Shown here: positions 53,755 through 62,532 of the stretch, piece by piece
Layout: each line of letters opens with the position of its first letter
How positions within the stretch are numbered: position 1 is the stretch's first letter
NCBI GenBank assembly: GCA_046330255.1
Contig: JAXLTC010000001.1
Coordinates: 743,787-807,786, forward strand
DNA from: Solirubrobacteraceae bacterium
GTDB taxonomy: Bacteria; Actinomycetota; Thermoleophilia; Solirubrobacterales; Solirubrobacteraceae
Direction: 5' to 3'
Length of the DNA: 64,000 nt
The notes under the pieces: generated by a model
What the model saw: the letters and a program-made list of their open reading frames with translations, nothing else
Databases searched by the model: none
What the model was told of the DNA's origin: nothing
Made by a program: the position numbers and the translations under genes

Positions 53755-54828
53755 TCAGCCGGCGAGGGCCGGCGGCGCGTCCGCGGCGCCCGCCGCCGCG
53801 CCGCGGCGGGCGGCCTCCGCGCGGGCACGCTCGATCCCGCCGTGCTCGAGCGCGGCGAGCGGGGAGCGGCCCTCGAATACGGTCCGCCCCCGGCGCCGGA
53901 GCGCGACGCGCATCGTCCCTCCCAGATGCTCGAGCGCGCCCGGCACGTTGCGGCGCTCCCGCGAGAGCGGCACGGGCAGGACGTGGGCGGCGCCGATCGG
54001 CGCCTCGCCCTCGACCTCCACCTCCCAGCGCGCGGAGCGGCCGTGCAGCGACCAGCGCTCGTCTCCCACCTCCGCGCGGACCGGCGAGACGAGCGGGTCG
54101 CCGAGGCGAACGAGCACCCCGCCCGCACGGACGACGACCGCCGTGACCTCGGTGCTCAGCCCGCCGGCCTCGATCACGCCGCCCGCGAACGCGACGCACG
54201 CCGAGGGGTCGCCGTCGAAGGCGTGCGCCTGGCCCCACCACCACGCGGGCGGGAAGCCGCCGCGGCCCCAGTTCTTCTCGGCGTAGACCTCGGCGCCATC
54301 CAGGTCCCACTGCTCGCCGCCGAGCGTCGCCGTGCCGTGCGCGCGGCCGCCGAGCAGCCAGGGATGCCAGTACTGGTTGAGCGCCGGCACTGCCTGGAAG
54401 AGCGAGGAGCCGCCCAGCGCGCGGCGCGGCCAGGGGCGCGGATCGCGGATGCGCACGTCGAGGCGGGCGTCCGGCGCGAGGTCGACGCGCAGCCGGTCGG
54501 GTTCGCCCGCGAACGCGGCGCCGGCGCGGGCGCCGAGGCGATCAGGGTCCGCCCAGCCGTGGTGGTGCGCGGCGGTACGCAGGAAGCCGCCGGGGTGCGC
54601 GGCCAGGCCGAGCGTCGCCCACGGTCCCGACGGCGAGCGGTTCACGCCGCACAGGGCGATCACGACGCGGCCCCGGCGCGCGTCGCTCAGGCGCCAGAAG
54701 TAGCCCTCCATCGCGACGCCCGGATGCGCCGGGAGCGGGTCTCCGAACGGCGGATCGGCGCCGGTCGCGCGGTAGGCGCTGCGCAGCACCGCGCAAGCAT
54801 CGCGCACCGGGCGCGCGCACGGTTCCAC
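53755..54828 (-). CDS. tocopherol cyclase (VTE1)-like family protein
   Basis: Family signatures as I recall them: YRATGA.PPFGDP, MEGYFWR and YAEKNWGRGGFPPAWWWGQA. GTG start. Confidence 0.65.
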   Translation of the reverse strand: MEPCARPVRDACAVLRSAYRATGADPPFGDPLPAHPGVAMEGYFWRLSDARRGRVVIALCGVNRSPSGPWATLGLAAHPGGFLRTAAHHHGWADPDRLGARAGAAFAGEPDRLRVDLAPDARLDVRIRDPRPWPRRALGGSSLFQAVPALNQYWHPWLLGGRAHGTATLGGEQWDLDGAEVYAEKNWGRGGFPPAWWWGQAHAFDGDPSACVAFAGGVIEAGGLSTEVTAVVVRAGGVLVRLGDPLVSPVRAEVGDERWSLHGRSARWEVEVEGEAPIGAAHVLPVPLSRERRNVPGALEHLGGTMRVALRRRGRTVFEGRSPLAALEHGGIERARAEAARRGAAAGAADAPPALAG

Positions 54829-54918
54829 GTTGCGCGCGTCCGCGACGGTCCGCTACCGTTGGCGCTGGCGCCAACAGGCCCGGCCGCCCCGCTCGACACC
54901 CAGCCGTCCAGGAGACCC

Positions 54919-56391
54919 ATGCGCAAGCTCGCCGCCCTCGCCCCGCTCGCCGCCGCCGGCGCCCTCGCCGCCCCGGCCGTCGCCGCGCCGGTCCCCGAGC
55001 AGAGCCCCCCGACGACGATGCCGGCCTACGTCGGCGCCCCCGCGAAGGCGCGCCCGATCTCGGTCCCGCTGCCGCCGCGCAACCCCTACATGGCGCCGAA
55101 CGGCAACAGCAACCTGCACAACGACCCGTGGATGACCGACGCCTACAGCCGCCGCGGTCCGCTCGGCCGCAACCCGGTCACGACGTCCAACTTCCTCAGC
55201 CGCCTCTGCGGGACGATCGCCTTCGACAGCCGCGGGCGTCTCATCACGATCTGCATCTCGCCCCTCGGTCCGCGCCTGCTGCGCCTGCAGCCGCGCACGC
55301 TCGCCGTGGAGGCGCAGTTCGACCTGCCGCCGCGACCGCCCGCGCCGCCCGGCACCAACATCTTCCAGGATTTCACCGGGGGCGGGTACTTCTACCTCGA
55401 CAACCACGACCGCGTCGTGACCGCGACCTCCACGCGCCACATCTGGGTGATCGCCCCGCGCGGCGCCGGCTACGCGAAGGTCCGCGACTACGACGTCTCG
55501 AAGGGCCTCAAGCCCGACGAGAAGATCACCTCCGCGCTACCGGACTGGCAGGGGCGGATCTGGTTCGTCACGAAGTCGCGCGGCACGGTCGGCTACGTCG
55601 ATCCGAAGACGGGCCGTGTGCGGGAGCGGCGGATGAACGAGGAGATCGAGAACTCCTTCGCGGTCGCGAAGGAGGGCCTCTACATCGTGTCGGACAAGCG
55701 CCAGTACCGCTTCGAGGCCTCGCCCCGCGGGCCGCGCATCGTGTGGTCGGTGCGCTACCGCAACTCCGGCATCCACAAGCCCAGCCAGGTGGACGCGGGC
55801 TCGGGCACGACGCCCACGATCATGGCCGGCGGCTACGTCGCGATCACCGACAACGCCGACCCGATGAACGTCGTGGTCTACCGGCGCGCGGCGAAGCTGC
55901 GCCGCGGCGAGCGCCGCACGGTCTGCACGGTGCCGGTCTTCCGCAAGGGGCGCAGCGCAACCGAGAACTCGCTGATCGCCGCCGGGCGCTCGATGATCGT
56001 CGAGAACAACTACGGCTATACCGGGCCCAACTCGATCCAGGACGGCAAGTCCACCGTGCCGGGCGTGACGCGCATCGACATCGCCCGCAACGGCCGCAGC
56101 TGCCGCGTGGTGTGGACGAACACGCGCGAGCCCACCCCGACCGTGGTGCCGAAGCTCTCGCTGCGCACCGGACTGGTCTACCTCTACACCAAGCCCGCGG
56201 ACCCGAAGGGCAAGAGCGACCCGTGGTACTGGACGGCGCTCGACTTCCGCACCGGGAAACTCGTCTACAAGGTCCGCTCGGGCGTCGGCTTCTACAACTA
56301 CAACAACAACTACGCCGGGATCATCCTCGGCCCGGACGGGACCGCCTACCTCGGCGCGCTCGGCGGGCCGATCGCGCTGCGCGACCGCTAG
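54919..56391 (+). CDS. secreted hypothetical protein (490 aa), probably beta-propeller-like
   Basis: ATG at 54919 preceded by GGAGAC. Signal peptide MRKLAALAPLAAAGALAAPAVAAP. Lower Arg and higher Lys/Asn/Tyr content than its neighbours. No motif I can assign. Confidence 0.7.
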   Translation: MRKLAALAPLAAAGALAAPAVAAPVPEQSPPTTMPAYVGAPAKARPISVPLPPRNPYMAPNGNSNLHNDPWMTDAYSRRGPLGRNPVTTSNFLSRLCGTIAFDSRGRLITICISPLGPRLLRLQPRTLAVEAQFDLPPRPPAPPGTNIFQDFTGGGYFYLDNHDRVVTATSTRHIWVIAPRGAGYAKVRDYDVSKGLKPDEKITSALPDWQGRIWFVTKSRGTVGYVDPKTGRVRERRMNEEIENSFAVAKEGLYIVSDKRQYRFEASPRGPRIVWSVRYRNSGIHKPSQVDAGSGTTPTIMAGGYVAITDNADPMNVVVYRRAAKLRRGERRTVCTVPVFRKGRSATENSLIAAGRSMIVENNYGYTGPNSIQDGKSTVPGVTRIDIARNGRSCRVVWTNTREPTPTVVPKLSLRTGLVYLYTKPADPKGKSDPWYWTALDFRTGKLVYKVRSGVGFYNYNNNYAGIILGPDGTAYLGALGGPIALRDR

Positions 56392-56455
56392 CCCCCGCAG
56401 ACCGCCCGCCGGTCCCCGCCGGCGGGCGGCTCCGGTCGGCGGGTAGGCTGGGACC

Positions 56456-56926
56456 ATGGCGCCGTCACCGGCGATAGGCGAGCCCGCACCCGACTTCACG
56501 CTCGACGGCACCGCCGGCACGTTCACCCTCGCCGAGCACCGCGGCGAGCGCGTCGTGCTCCTGTTCTACCCCGGTGACAACACCGCGGTCTGCACCCGCC
56601 AGTTCTGCTCCTACCGGGACGCCGGGGAGGACATGTCGGGCCTGGGCGCCGTCGTGGTGGGCATCTCCGCGCAGGGCGTCGAGTCGCACAGCGCGTTCTC
56701 GGCCAAGCACGGCCTGAACGTCCCGCTGCTGGCCGACGAGGGCGGGAAGGTGGCGCGCGCCTACGGGGCGCACTCGTCGCTCAGCGGCACCAAGCGCGCG
56801 GTCGTGATCGTCGACGAGGACGGCGTCGTGCGCTACCGCCACGACCATCGCATCGGGCTGGACTACCTGACCGCCTCCCAGATCGCCGACGCGCTGGCCA
56901 CGCTGCCCGCACGCTCGGGCGGGTAG
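56456..56926 (+). CDS. bcp: peroxiredoxin (Bcp/AhpC-TSA family)
   Basis: Motifs PAPDFTL, VVLLFYPGDNTAVCTRQFC (peroxidatic Cys context) and FSAKHGLNVPLLAD. Confidence 0.85.
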   Translation: MAPSPAIGEPAPDFTLDGTAGTFTLAEHRGERVVLLFYPGDNTAVCTRQFCSYRDAGEDMSGLGAVVVGISAQGVESHSAFSAKHGLNVPLLADEGGKVARAYGAHSSLSGTKRAVVIVDEDGVVRYRHDHRIGLDYLTASQIADALATLPARSGG

Positions 56927-56929
56927 CGC

Positions 56930-57904
56930 CTACTCGCGCACGAGGATCACCGGCTTGCCGACCGAGCCGCGGTCGGCGAGCGAGCGCAGCGCGTCGGCCC
57001 CGCGCTCGAGCGGGTAGCACTCGCCCACGACCGGCGCGATCGCGCCGGCGGCGTGGAGCCCGGCGATCCGGTCGGCGGCAGCGCGCGGGTACCCGGGCTC
57101 GGAGGCCAGGAACCCGCCCCAGTTGACGCCGACCAGCGAGACGTTGCGCAGCAGCAGGCGGTTGACCGCCACCTCGGGGATCTCGCCCGACGCGAAGCCG
57201 ATCACGAGCAGGCGGCCCTCCGGGGCCAGCGCCCGGATGCTCCGGCGCAGCACCTCGCCGCCGACCGGGTCGACGACCACGTCTGCCCCGCGCCCGCCGG
57301 TCGCCTCGCGGACCTCGGCGACCCAGTCGCCTGACCCGTCCAGCGCGAGCTCGGCCCCGGCGGCCAGCGCCGCCTCGCGCTTGGCCGGCGTCGAGGCGAC
57401 CGCGATCGCGCGCGCCCCGAGGCCGCTCGCGACCTGGAGCGCCGCCGTGCCGACGCCGCCGCCCGCGCCCTGGACGAGAACCGTCTCGCCCGCGCGCAGC
57501 GCGGCCCGCCGCTCCAGCGCGAACAGCGCCGTGTGGAAGTTCATGACGAGCCCGGCGGCGGCGTCGAACTCCATGCCGCCGGGGATCGGCAGCGTGGTCG
57601 CGAGCGGCGCCGCGACCAGCTCGGCGAAGCCGCCCAGCATCGTGACCGCGCACACGCGGTCGCCGGGCTCCAGGCCCGAGCCGGGCGGCGCCTCCCGCAC
57701 CACGCCGGCGGACTCGATGCCCGGGACGAACGGCGGCTCGGGGCGCAGCTGGTACTCGCCCCGGGTGAGCAGCAGGTCGGGGAAGCTCACGCCCGCGGCG
57801 TGGACCTCGACGAGCACCGAGTCCCCGCCGGGGACGGGGTCGGGAACCTCGGCGAGCTCGAGCGCATCCGGACCTTCGAGCGCGGTCAGGCGCAGCGCCC
57901 TCAC
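56930..57904 (-). CDS. NADPH:quinone oxidoreductase-like medium-chain dehydrogenase/reductase
   Basis: GTG at 57904 gives 324 aa. Starts (V)RALRLT. Nucleotide-binding motif VQGAGGGVGTAALQ. No structural zinc motif. Confidence 0.8.
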   Translation of the reverse strand: MRALRLTALEGPDALELAEVPDPVPGGDSVLVEVHAAGVSFPDLLLTRGEYQLRPEPPFVPGIESAGVVREAPPGSGLEPGDRVCAVTMLGGFAELVAAPLATTLPIPGGMEFDAAAGLVMNFHTALFALERRAALRAGETVLVQGAGGGVGTAALQVASGLGARAIAVASTPAKREAALAAGAELALDGSGDWVAEVREATGGRGADVVVDPVGGEVLRRSIRALAPEGRLLVIGFASGEIPEVAVNRLLLRNVSLVGVNWGGFLASEPGYPRAAADRIAGLHAAGAIAPVVGECYPLERGADALRSLADRGSVGKPVILVRE

Positions 57905-57983
57905 GTCGCGGCCGGCTCCGGCGCCCGCTCTTCCACGCGCCGAGCCTACTCGCGGCGGCCGTCCGGGGGCGAGCAGCGCCATG

Positions 57984-58024
57984 CTCCTGCCCAGGGGGTC
58001 GTATGCGGCCCCGGGACAGGAGCG
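57984..58024 (+). repeat. 41-nt imperfect palindrome, left copy (contains the DUF559 gene start codon in its loop)
   Basis: Sequence CTCCTGCCCAGGGGGTCGTATGCGGCCCCGGGACAGGAGCG. The arms CTCCTGCCCAGGGG and CCCCGGGACAGGAG are complementary at 12 of 14 positions. Confidence 0.75.
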
Positions 58025-58914
58025 TGGAGCGGACGCTCGCCCTGCTGGCGTCCGGCGCGCACGGCGTGCACAGCCGCTCCGCGCTCTTGGCCGCCGGTTT
58101 GAGCCCGGAGGAGGTGCGCCGCCGCGTTCGGCGCGGCTCGCTGCTTCCGGTTCACCGAGGCGTGTACCCGGTCGGCCACCGAGCCGCGAGCGTCGAAGCC
58201 GGCTACCTGGCCGCGACGCTCGCCGCCGGCGACGGCGCGGTGCTCTCGGGTCGCGCGGCCGGACACCTGCTCGGGATCCTGCGCGGACCGGCGCCGCCGC
58301 CCGAGGTCATCGCGCTCACCGAGCGACGGATCCCCGGGGTCGGCGTCCGGCGGGCGCGCGGAACGATCGCGACGGAGGCGACGCTCTGGCGCGGCGTGCC
58401 CGTGACGACCGTCGCGCGAACACTGGTCGATCTCGCGCGGGAGCTGGACGAAGCCGGGCTCGCGCGGGCGGCGCACGAGGCGGAGATCCGCTTCGGCACC
58501 CAGCCGGCAGAGGTAGAGGCCGTACTCGCGAACAGGCCCTACAGCGCGGGGGCCGAGCGACTCCGCCGGGTCGTGCACGGCGACGTCGCCGTCACCCTCA
58601 GCCGCCTCGAGTCCCGCTTCCTGGAGCGCCTGAGCAGCGCATCCCTCCCGCTGCCGGTGACCAACCGCCCGGCCGGCGGCCGGCGGGTGGACTGCCGCTG
58701 GGAGGCTCCCGGGCTAACGGTCGAGCTCGACAGCTACCGCTACCACCGCTCGAGGCACGCATGGGAGCGCGACCGGCTGCACGAGCGCGAGGCCTACGCC
58801 CGCGGCGACGCCTTTCGCCGCTACACGTACGGCGACGTCTTCGAGCACCCGGCGGCGATGCTCGCGGAGCTGCGAACGCTGCTCTCGGGGCCCGAGCCGC
58901 GATCGCTCTCCTGA
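58003..58914 (+). CDS. AbiEi_4-like N-terminal domain + DUF559 (Vsr-like endonuclease fold) protein
   Basis: N-terminal G..SR..LLA.G....VRRRV..G.L..VHRGVY pattern. C-terminal DUF559-like segment VDCRWEAPGLTVELDSYRYH....WERDRLHEREAYARGDAFRRYTYGDV. Confidence 0.75.
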   Translation: MRPRDRSVERTLALLASGAHGVHSRSALLAAGLSPEEVRRRVRRGSLLPVHRGVYPVGHRAASVEAGYLAATLAAGDGAVLSGRAAGHLLGILRGPAPPPEVIALTERRIPGVGVRRARGTIATEATLWRGVPVTTVARTLVDLARELDEAGLARAAHEAEIRFGTQPAEVEAVLANRPYSAGAERLRRVVHGDVAVTLSRLESRFLERLSSASLPLPVTNRPAGGRRVDCRWEAPGLTVELDSYRYHRSRHAWERDRLHEREAYARGDAFRRYTYGDVFEHPAAMLAELRTLLSGPEPRSLS

Positions 58915-58950
58915 CTAGGGGGTCGTATACGCCCCCAGGGCAGGAGAGCG
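58908..58950 (+). repeat. 43-nt imperfect palindrome, right copy (contains the DUF559 gene stop codon)
   Basis: Sequence CTCCTGACTAGGGGGTCGTATACGCCCCCAGGGCAGGAGAGCG, about 80% identical to 57984-58024. Confidence 0.75.
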
Positions 58951-58971
58951 GCCGGAATTCCGGCGCGCCGC

Positions 58972-59628
58972 CTACCGCTTGCGCGCGAGCGTCAGCCCGT
59001 CCGCGATCCCGAGCATCGCCACGTCGACCCGCTCGTCCACCGCGATCGCGCGGTTGAGCGCCGCGACCGCGAGGGCGCTCGCGTCGTCGGGCGCAGGGTC
59101 GAGCACGCGCCCGCTCATCAGCACGTTGTCGATCGCGACCAGCCCGCCCGGCCGCAGGCGCTCCAGCACGGCCTCGTAGTAGGCGGGGTAGCCGGGCTTG
59201 TCGGCGTCGATGAACGCGAAGTCGAAGTCCGCCCGGGCCGGGATGGCCTCGAGGGTCTCGAGCGCCGGCCCGACCCGCACCTCGGCGCGCCCGCCCACGC
59301 CCGCCGCATCGAGGTTGCGGCGCGCGACCTCCGCCCGCTCGGGGTCGAGCTCGCAGCAGACCAGCTCGCCGCCGTCGCCCAGCCCGCGCGCGATGCAGAT
59401 CGCGCTGTAGCCGGTGAACGTGCCGACCTCGATCGCCCGGCGCGCCCCGATCGCGCGCACCAGCAGCGTCAGGAACGCCCCCTGGTCGGGCGAGACCTGC
59501 ATCACCGCGACATCCCCGAGCGCCGCCGTCTCCTCGCGCACCCGCGCGAGCACCTCGTCCTCGCGCGCGCCGCCGGCGACGACGTAGTCGTGCAGCTCCG
59601 GCGTCAGCTCCGTCCCGCGCGTGCTCAT
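58972..59628 (-). CDS. class I SAM-dependent O-methyltransferase (caffeoyl-CoA OMT/MdmC-like)
   Basis: 218 aa. SAM motif AIEVGTFTGYSA. Metal-binding pattern FDFAFIDADK ... DNV. Confidence 0.85.
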   Translation of the reverse strand: MSTRGTELTPELHDYVVAGGAREDEVLARVREETAALGDVAVMQVSPDQGAFLTLLVRAIGARRAIEVGTFTGYSAICIARGLGDGGELVCCELDPERAEVARRNLDAAGVGGRAEVRVGPALETLEAIPARADFDFAFIDADKPGYPAYYEAVLERLRPGGLVAIDNVLMSGRVLDPAPDDASALAVAALNRAIAVDERVDVAMLGIADGLTLARKR

Positions 59629-59638
59629 CGCGGGGACG

Positions 59639-60310
59639 CTAGCGCGACGCGATGAAGAAGTAGACGAGCTGCCCCAGCGCGGCGGCGAAGCCGGCCACGT
59701 AGGTCAGCGCCGCGGCGTTCAGGACCTTGCGCGCCCCGGTCAGCTCGTCGGGCTCCAGCAGCCCGCCGCGCTCCAGCGCGGCCAGCGCGCGGTTGGACGC
59801 GTCGAACTCGACCGGCAGCGTGACGAGCTGGAAGAGCACGACCGCCAGGAACAGGACCAGCCCGACCGTGACCAGCCCGGTGGACTGCAGCAGGAAGCCC
59901 GCGACCACCGGGAAGAACCAGAACCGGGAGCCGACCGTCGCGGCCGGCACGAACGTCTGGCGCACGCGCATCGGCCACCAGCGCCGGGAGTCCTGGATGG
60001 CGTGGCCGGCCTCGTGCGCGGCGACGCCGAGCGCGGCGACGCTGGAGGCGCCGCCGACCTCGGCGGAGAGGTTCAGCGTGCGGTCGCGCGGGTCGTAGTG
60101 GTCGGACAGCTTCCCGGCGACGGGACGGATCGAGACGCCCGAGAGCCCGGATGCCGAAAGCACCGCGGCCGCGGCGTCCGCGCCGGTCATCCCGTTGCGC
60201 GGGCGCACGGCCGAGTAGCGCCTGAACGTGCCCGACACCCACGCCTGGGCGGCGAGGCCGAGCAGCAGCGGGATCCCGGCGCAGATCGCGAAGAGGCCGA
60301 GGTGGGACAT
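59639..60310 (-). CDS. membrane zinc metallopeptidase (Zn_peptidase_2 / YpfJ-unrelated neutral zinc peptidase family)
   Basis: HEAGHAIQ zinc motif, N- and C-terminal TM helices, and the LSDHYDPR pattern. Confidence 0.8.
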   Translation of the reverse strand: MSHLGLFAICAGIPLLLGLAAQAWVSGTFRRYSAVRPRNGMTGADAAAAVLSASGLSGVSIRPVAGKLSDHYDPRDRTLNLSAEVGGASSVAALGVAAHEAGHAIQDSRRWWPMRVRQTFVPAATVGSRFWFFPVVAGFLLQSTGLVTVGLVLFLAVVLFQLVTLPVEFDASNRALAALERGGLLEPDELTGARKVLNAAALTYVAGFAAALGQLVYFFIASR

Positions 60311-60398
60311 GACGCGGACCGTACCCGGCCAACCTCAAGGGGATCTGAGTACGCCCGCGGCGCCGCTCCCCGAGCGTCCCATCGGGTACTTTCGCCCC

Positions 60399-62525
60399 AT
60401 GGCAGCCGACGCGGAGCCCGACCCCGCGGAGCGACGCCGCAGGCGGCGGCGCACGATCGCCCGCGCGCTGCTGACCTGGCTCCTGACGGCGGCGACGCTG
60501 ATCGTCCTCAGCGGGGTCCTTCCGGGGCTGCACGTGAAGAGCTGGGGCGCCGCGCTCGGCTCGGCGCTGCTGATCGGCGTGCTGAACGCGTTCGTGTGGC
60601 CGCTGCTGCTGCGCCTCCTGCTGCCGCTCACGGTGCTCACGCTCGGGCTCGGGGTGCTGGTCCTCAACGGCGCCGTGGTGCTCGGCGTCGCCGCGCTGGA
60701 CTCGAGCGGAATCGAGGTCGACGACCTCGGCACCGGCATCGTCGTCGCGGTCGCCATCACGATCGTGCTGACGCTGGCGGGCTCGCTGCTGGGGATCGAC
60801 GACGACGCCCGCTACCGCCGCGCGCTCAATCGCCACGCCTCGCGCGAGGCCGCGCGCGAGGGGCGCAAGCGCGAGTCGGACGTGCCGGGCCTGTTCTTCC
60901 TGGAGATCGACGGTCTCGCGCACGCGGTCGTCCAGCGCGCGGTGCGCGACGGGAACATGCCGACGCTCGCGCGCTGGCTGCGCGACGGCTCGCACCGCCT
61001 CGAGCGCTGGGAGACGGACTGGTCCTCGCAGACGGGCGCCTGCCAGGCGGGCCTGCTGCACGGCTCCAACCACGACATGCCCGCGTTCCGCTGGTGGGAG
61101 AAGGACCGCGGCGCGGCGATGGTGACAAACCACCCGCGCGACGCAGCGGAGATCGAGCGCCGCCACTCGGACGGCCGCGGGCTCCTGCACGAGGACGGCT
61201 GCAGCCGCGCGAACATCCTCTCCGGCGACGCCCCGCATTCGTTGCTGACGATGAGCACGGTGCTGGAGCCCCAGCGCGGGCGGCTCGGGCGCGACTACTA
61301 CGCCTACTTCGCGAACCCCTACAGCGTGATCCGCACGATCCTGCTCTCGCTCGCCGAGATCGCCTCCGAGCTCTACTACGCCTCCCAGCAGCGCCGCCGC
61401 GACGTGCGCCCGCGGATCCATCGCGGCCCGGGCTACGCGCCCGTGCGGGCGTGGGCGACCGTGGTCCAGCGCGACCTCCAGGTCGCGTCGATCATCGGCG
61501 ACCTCTACGCCGGGCGCCCCGTCGCCTACACGACGTTCCTCGCCTACGACGAGGTCGCCCACCACTCCGGCGTCGAGCGGCCGGACGCGCTCTCCACGCT
61601 GCGCCGCGTGGACCGCGAGCTGGGTCGCATCGAGCAGGCCGCGCGCCACGCCCCACGCCCGTACCACCTGGTCGTGCTGGCCGATCACGGGCAGTCGCAG
61701 GGCGCCACCTTCCTCGACCGCTACGGCCACACGCTCGAGGACGTCGTGCGCGAGGCCTGCGACAGCGCCTCGGTGGGCTCGGCGCAGGGCGGCGGCGACG
61801 AGGCGCTCGGCCACCTCGGCGCCGGGCTGACCGAGATCTCCGCGCGCGACGACCTGCTCGGCCGCACGGCGCGGGCGGCGACACGCCGGCGGCGGGTCGG
61901 GGACAGCGTGCGGCTGGAGCGCGAGGACCGCGACCACGTGCGCCGCGAGCACGACACCGGGCAGGAGCCGCCCGAGATCTCGGTGATGGCCTCCGGCTGT
62001 CTCGGCCTCGTGTCGTTCCCGCGCGAGCCCGGCCGCGTGACCCTCGAGCGCCTGCAGGAGCTGCACCCGCTGCTGCTCCCCGCCCTGCGCGAGCACGACG
62101 GCATCGGGTTCGCGCTGGTCCGCTCGCGCGATCACGGCGCGGTCGTGATCGGCCCCGACGGGGTCAACTACCTCGACGAGCAGCGCATCGAGGGCGAGGA
62201 CCCGCTGGCGCCGTTCGGCCCGAACGCCGCGCTGCACGTGAAGCGCACCGACGGCTTCGAGCACTGCCCGGACATCGTGCTGAACAGCCGCTACTGGCCG
62301 ATCACCGACGAGGTCGCCGCGTTCGAGGAGCTGGTCGGCTCGCACGGCGGCATGGGCGGCGAGCAGTGCTTCCCGTTCGTCGCGTTCCCGGCGACGTGGC
62401 GCTACCCGCCGGAGCATGTCCTCGGCAGCGAGTCGCTGCACCGCGTGATGCGCGGCTGGCTGGCCGACCTCGGGCACGAGGCCTACCGCGACGCCGAGCC
62501 CGCGCGGGGACGGGCGCCGGCCTGA
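60399..62525 (+). CDS. fusion of holin-family-4-like (DUF360) 4-TM domain with alkaline-phosphatase-superfamily (type I phosphodiesterase/nucleotide pyrophosphatase-like) domain
   Basis: ATG at 60399. N-terminal TM region with the GVLNAFVWPLL pattern. Then FFLEIDGL, AYDEVAHHSG and VLADHGQSQG, which resemble AlkP-superfamily metal-site motifs. Confidence 0.7.
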   Translation: MAADAEPDPAERRRRRRRTIARALLTWLLTAATLIVLSGVLPGLHVKSWGAALGSALLIGVLNAFVWPLLLRLLLPLTVLTLGLGVLVLNGAVVLGVAALDSSGIEVDDLGTGIVVAVAITIVLTLAGSLLGIDDDARYRRALNRHASREAAREGRKRESDVPGLFFLEIDGLAHAVVQRAVRDGNMPTLARWLRDGSHRLERWETDWSSQTGACQAGLLHGSNHDMPAFRWWEKDRGAAMVTNHPRDAAEIERRHSDGRGLLHEDGCSRANILSGDAPHSLLTMSTVLEPQRGRLGRDYYAYFANPYSVIRTILLSLAEIASELYYASQQRRRDVRPRIHRGPGYAPVRAWATVVQRDLQVASIIGDLYAGRPVAYTTFLAYDEVAHHSGVERPDALSTLRRVDRELGRIEQAARHAPRPYHLVVLADHGQSQGATFLDRYGHTLEDVVREACDSASVGSAQGGGDEALGHLGAGLTEISARDDLLGRTARAATRRRRVGDSVRLEREDRDHVRREHDTGQEPPEISVMASGCLGLVSFPREPGRVTLERLQELHPLLLPALREHDGIGFALVRSRDHGAVVIGPDGVNYLDEQRIEGEDPLAPFGPNAALHVKRTDGFEHCPDIVLNSRYWPITDEVAAFEELVGSHGGMGGEQCFPFVAFPATWRYPPEHVLGSESLHRVMRGWLADLGHEAYRDAEPARGRAPA

Positions 62526-62532
62526 GGGCAGC

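Noticed and set aside
50303-54310. 1335-aa minus-strand ORF. Similar giant ORFs lie at 25431..28046, 59625..62825, 59621..62545, 37634..40246, 40263..43007 (5' part) and 52132..56391 (5' part).
   Set aside because: All overlap motif-rich genes in another frame or on the other strand. They consist of R/A/G/P-rich low-complexity sequence. They are stop-codon-poor artefacts of high GC.
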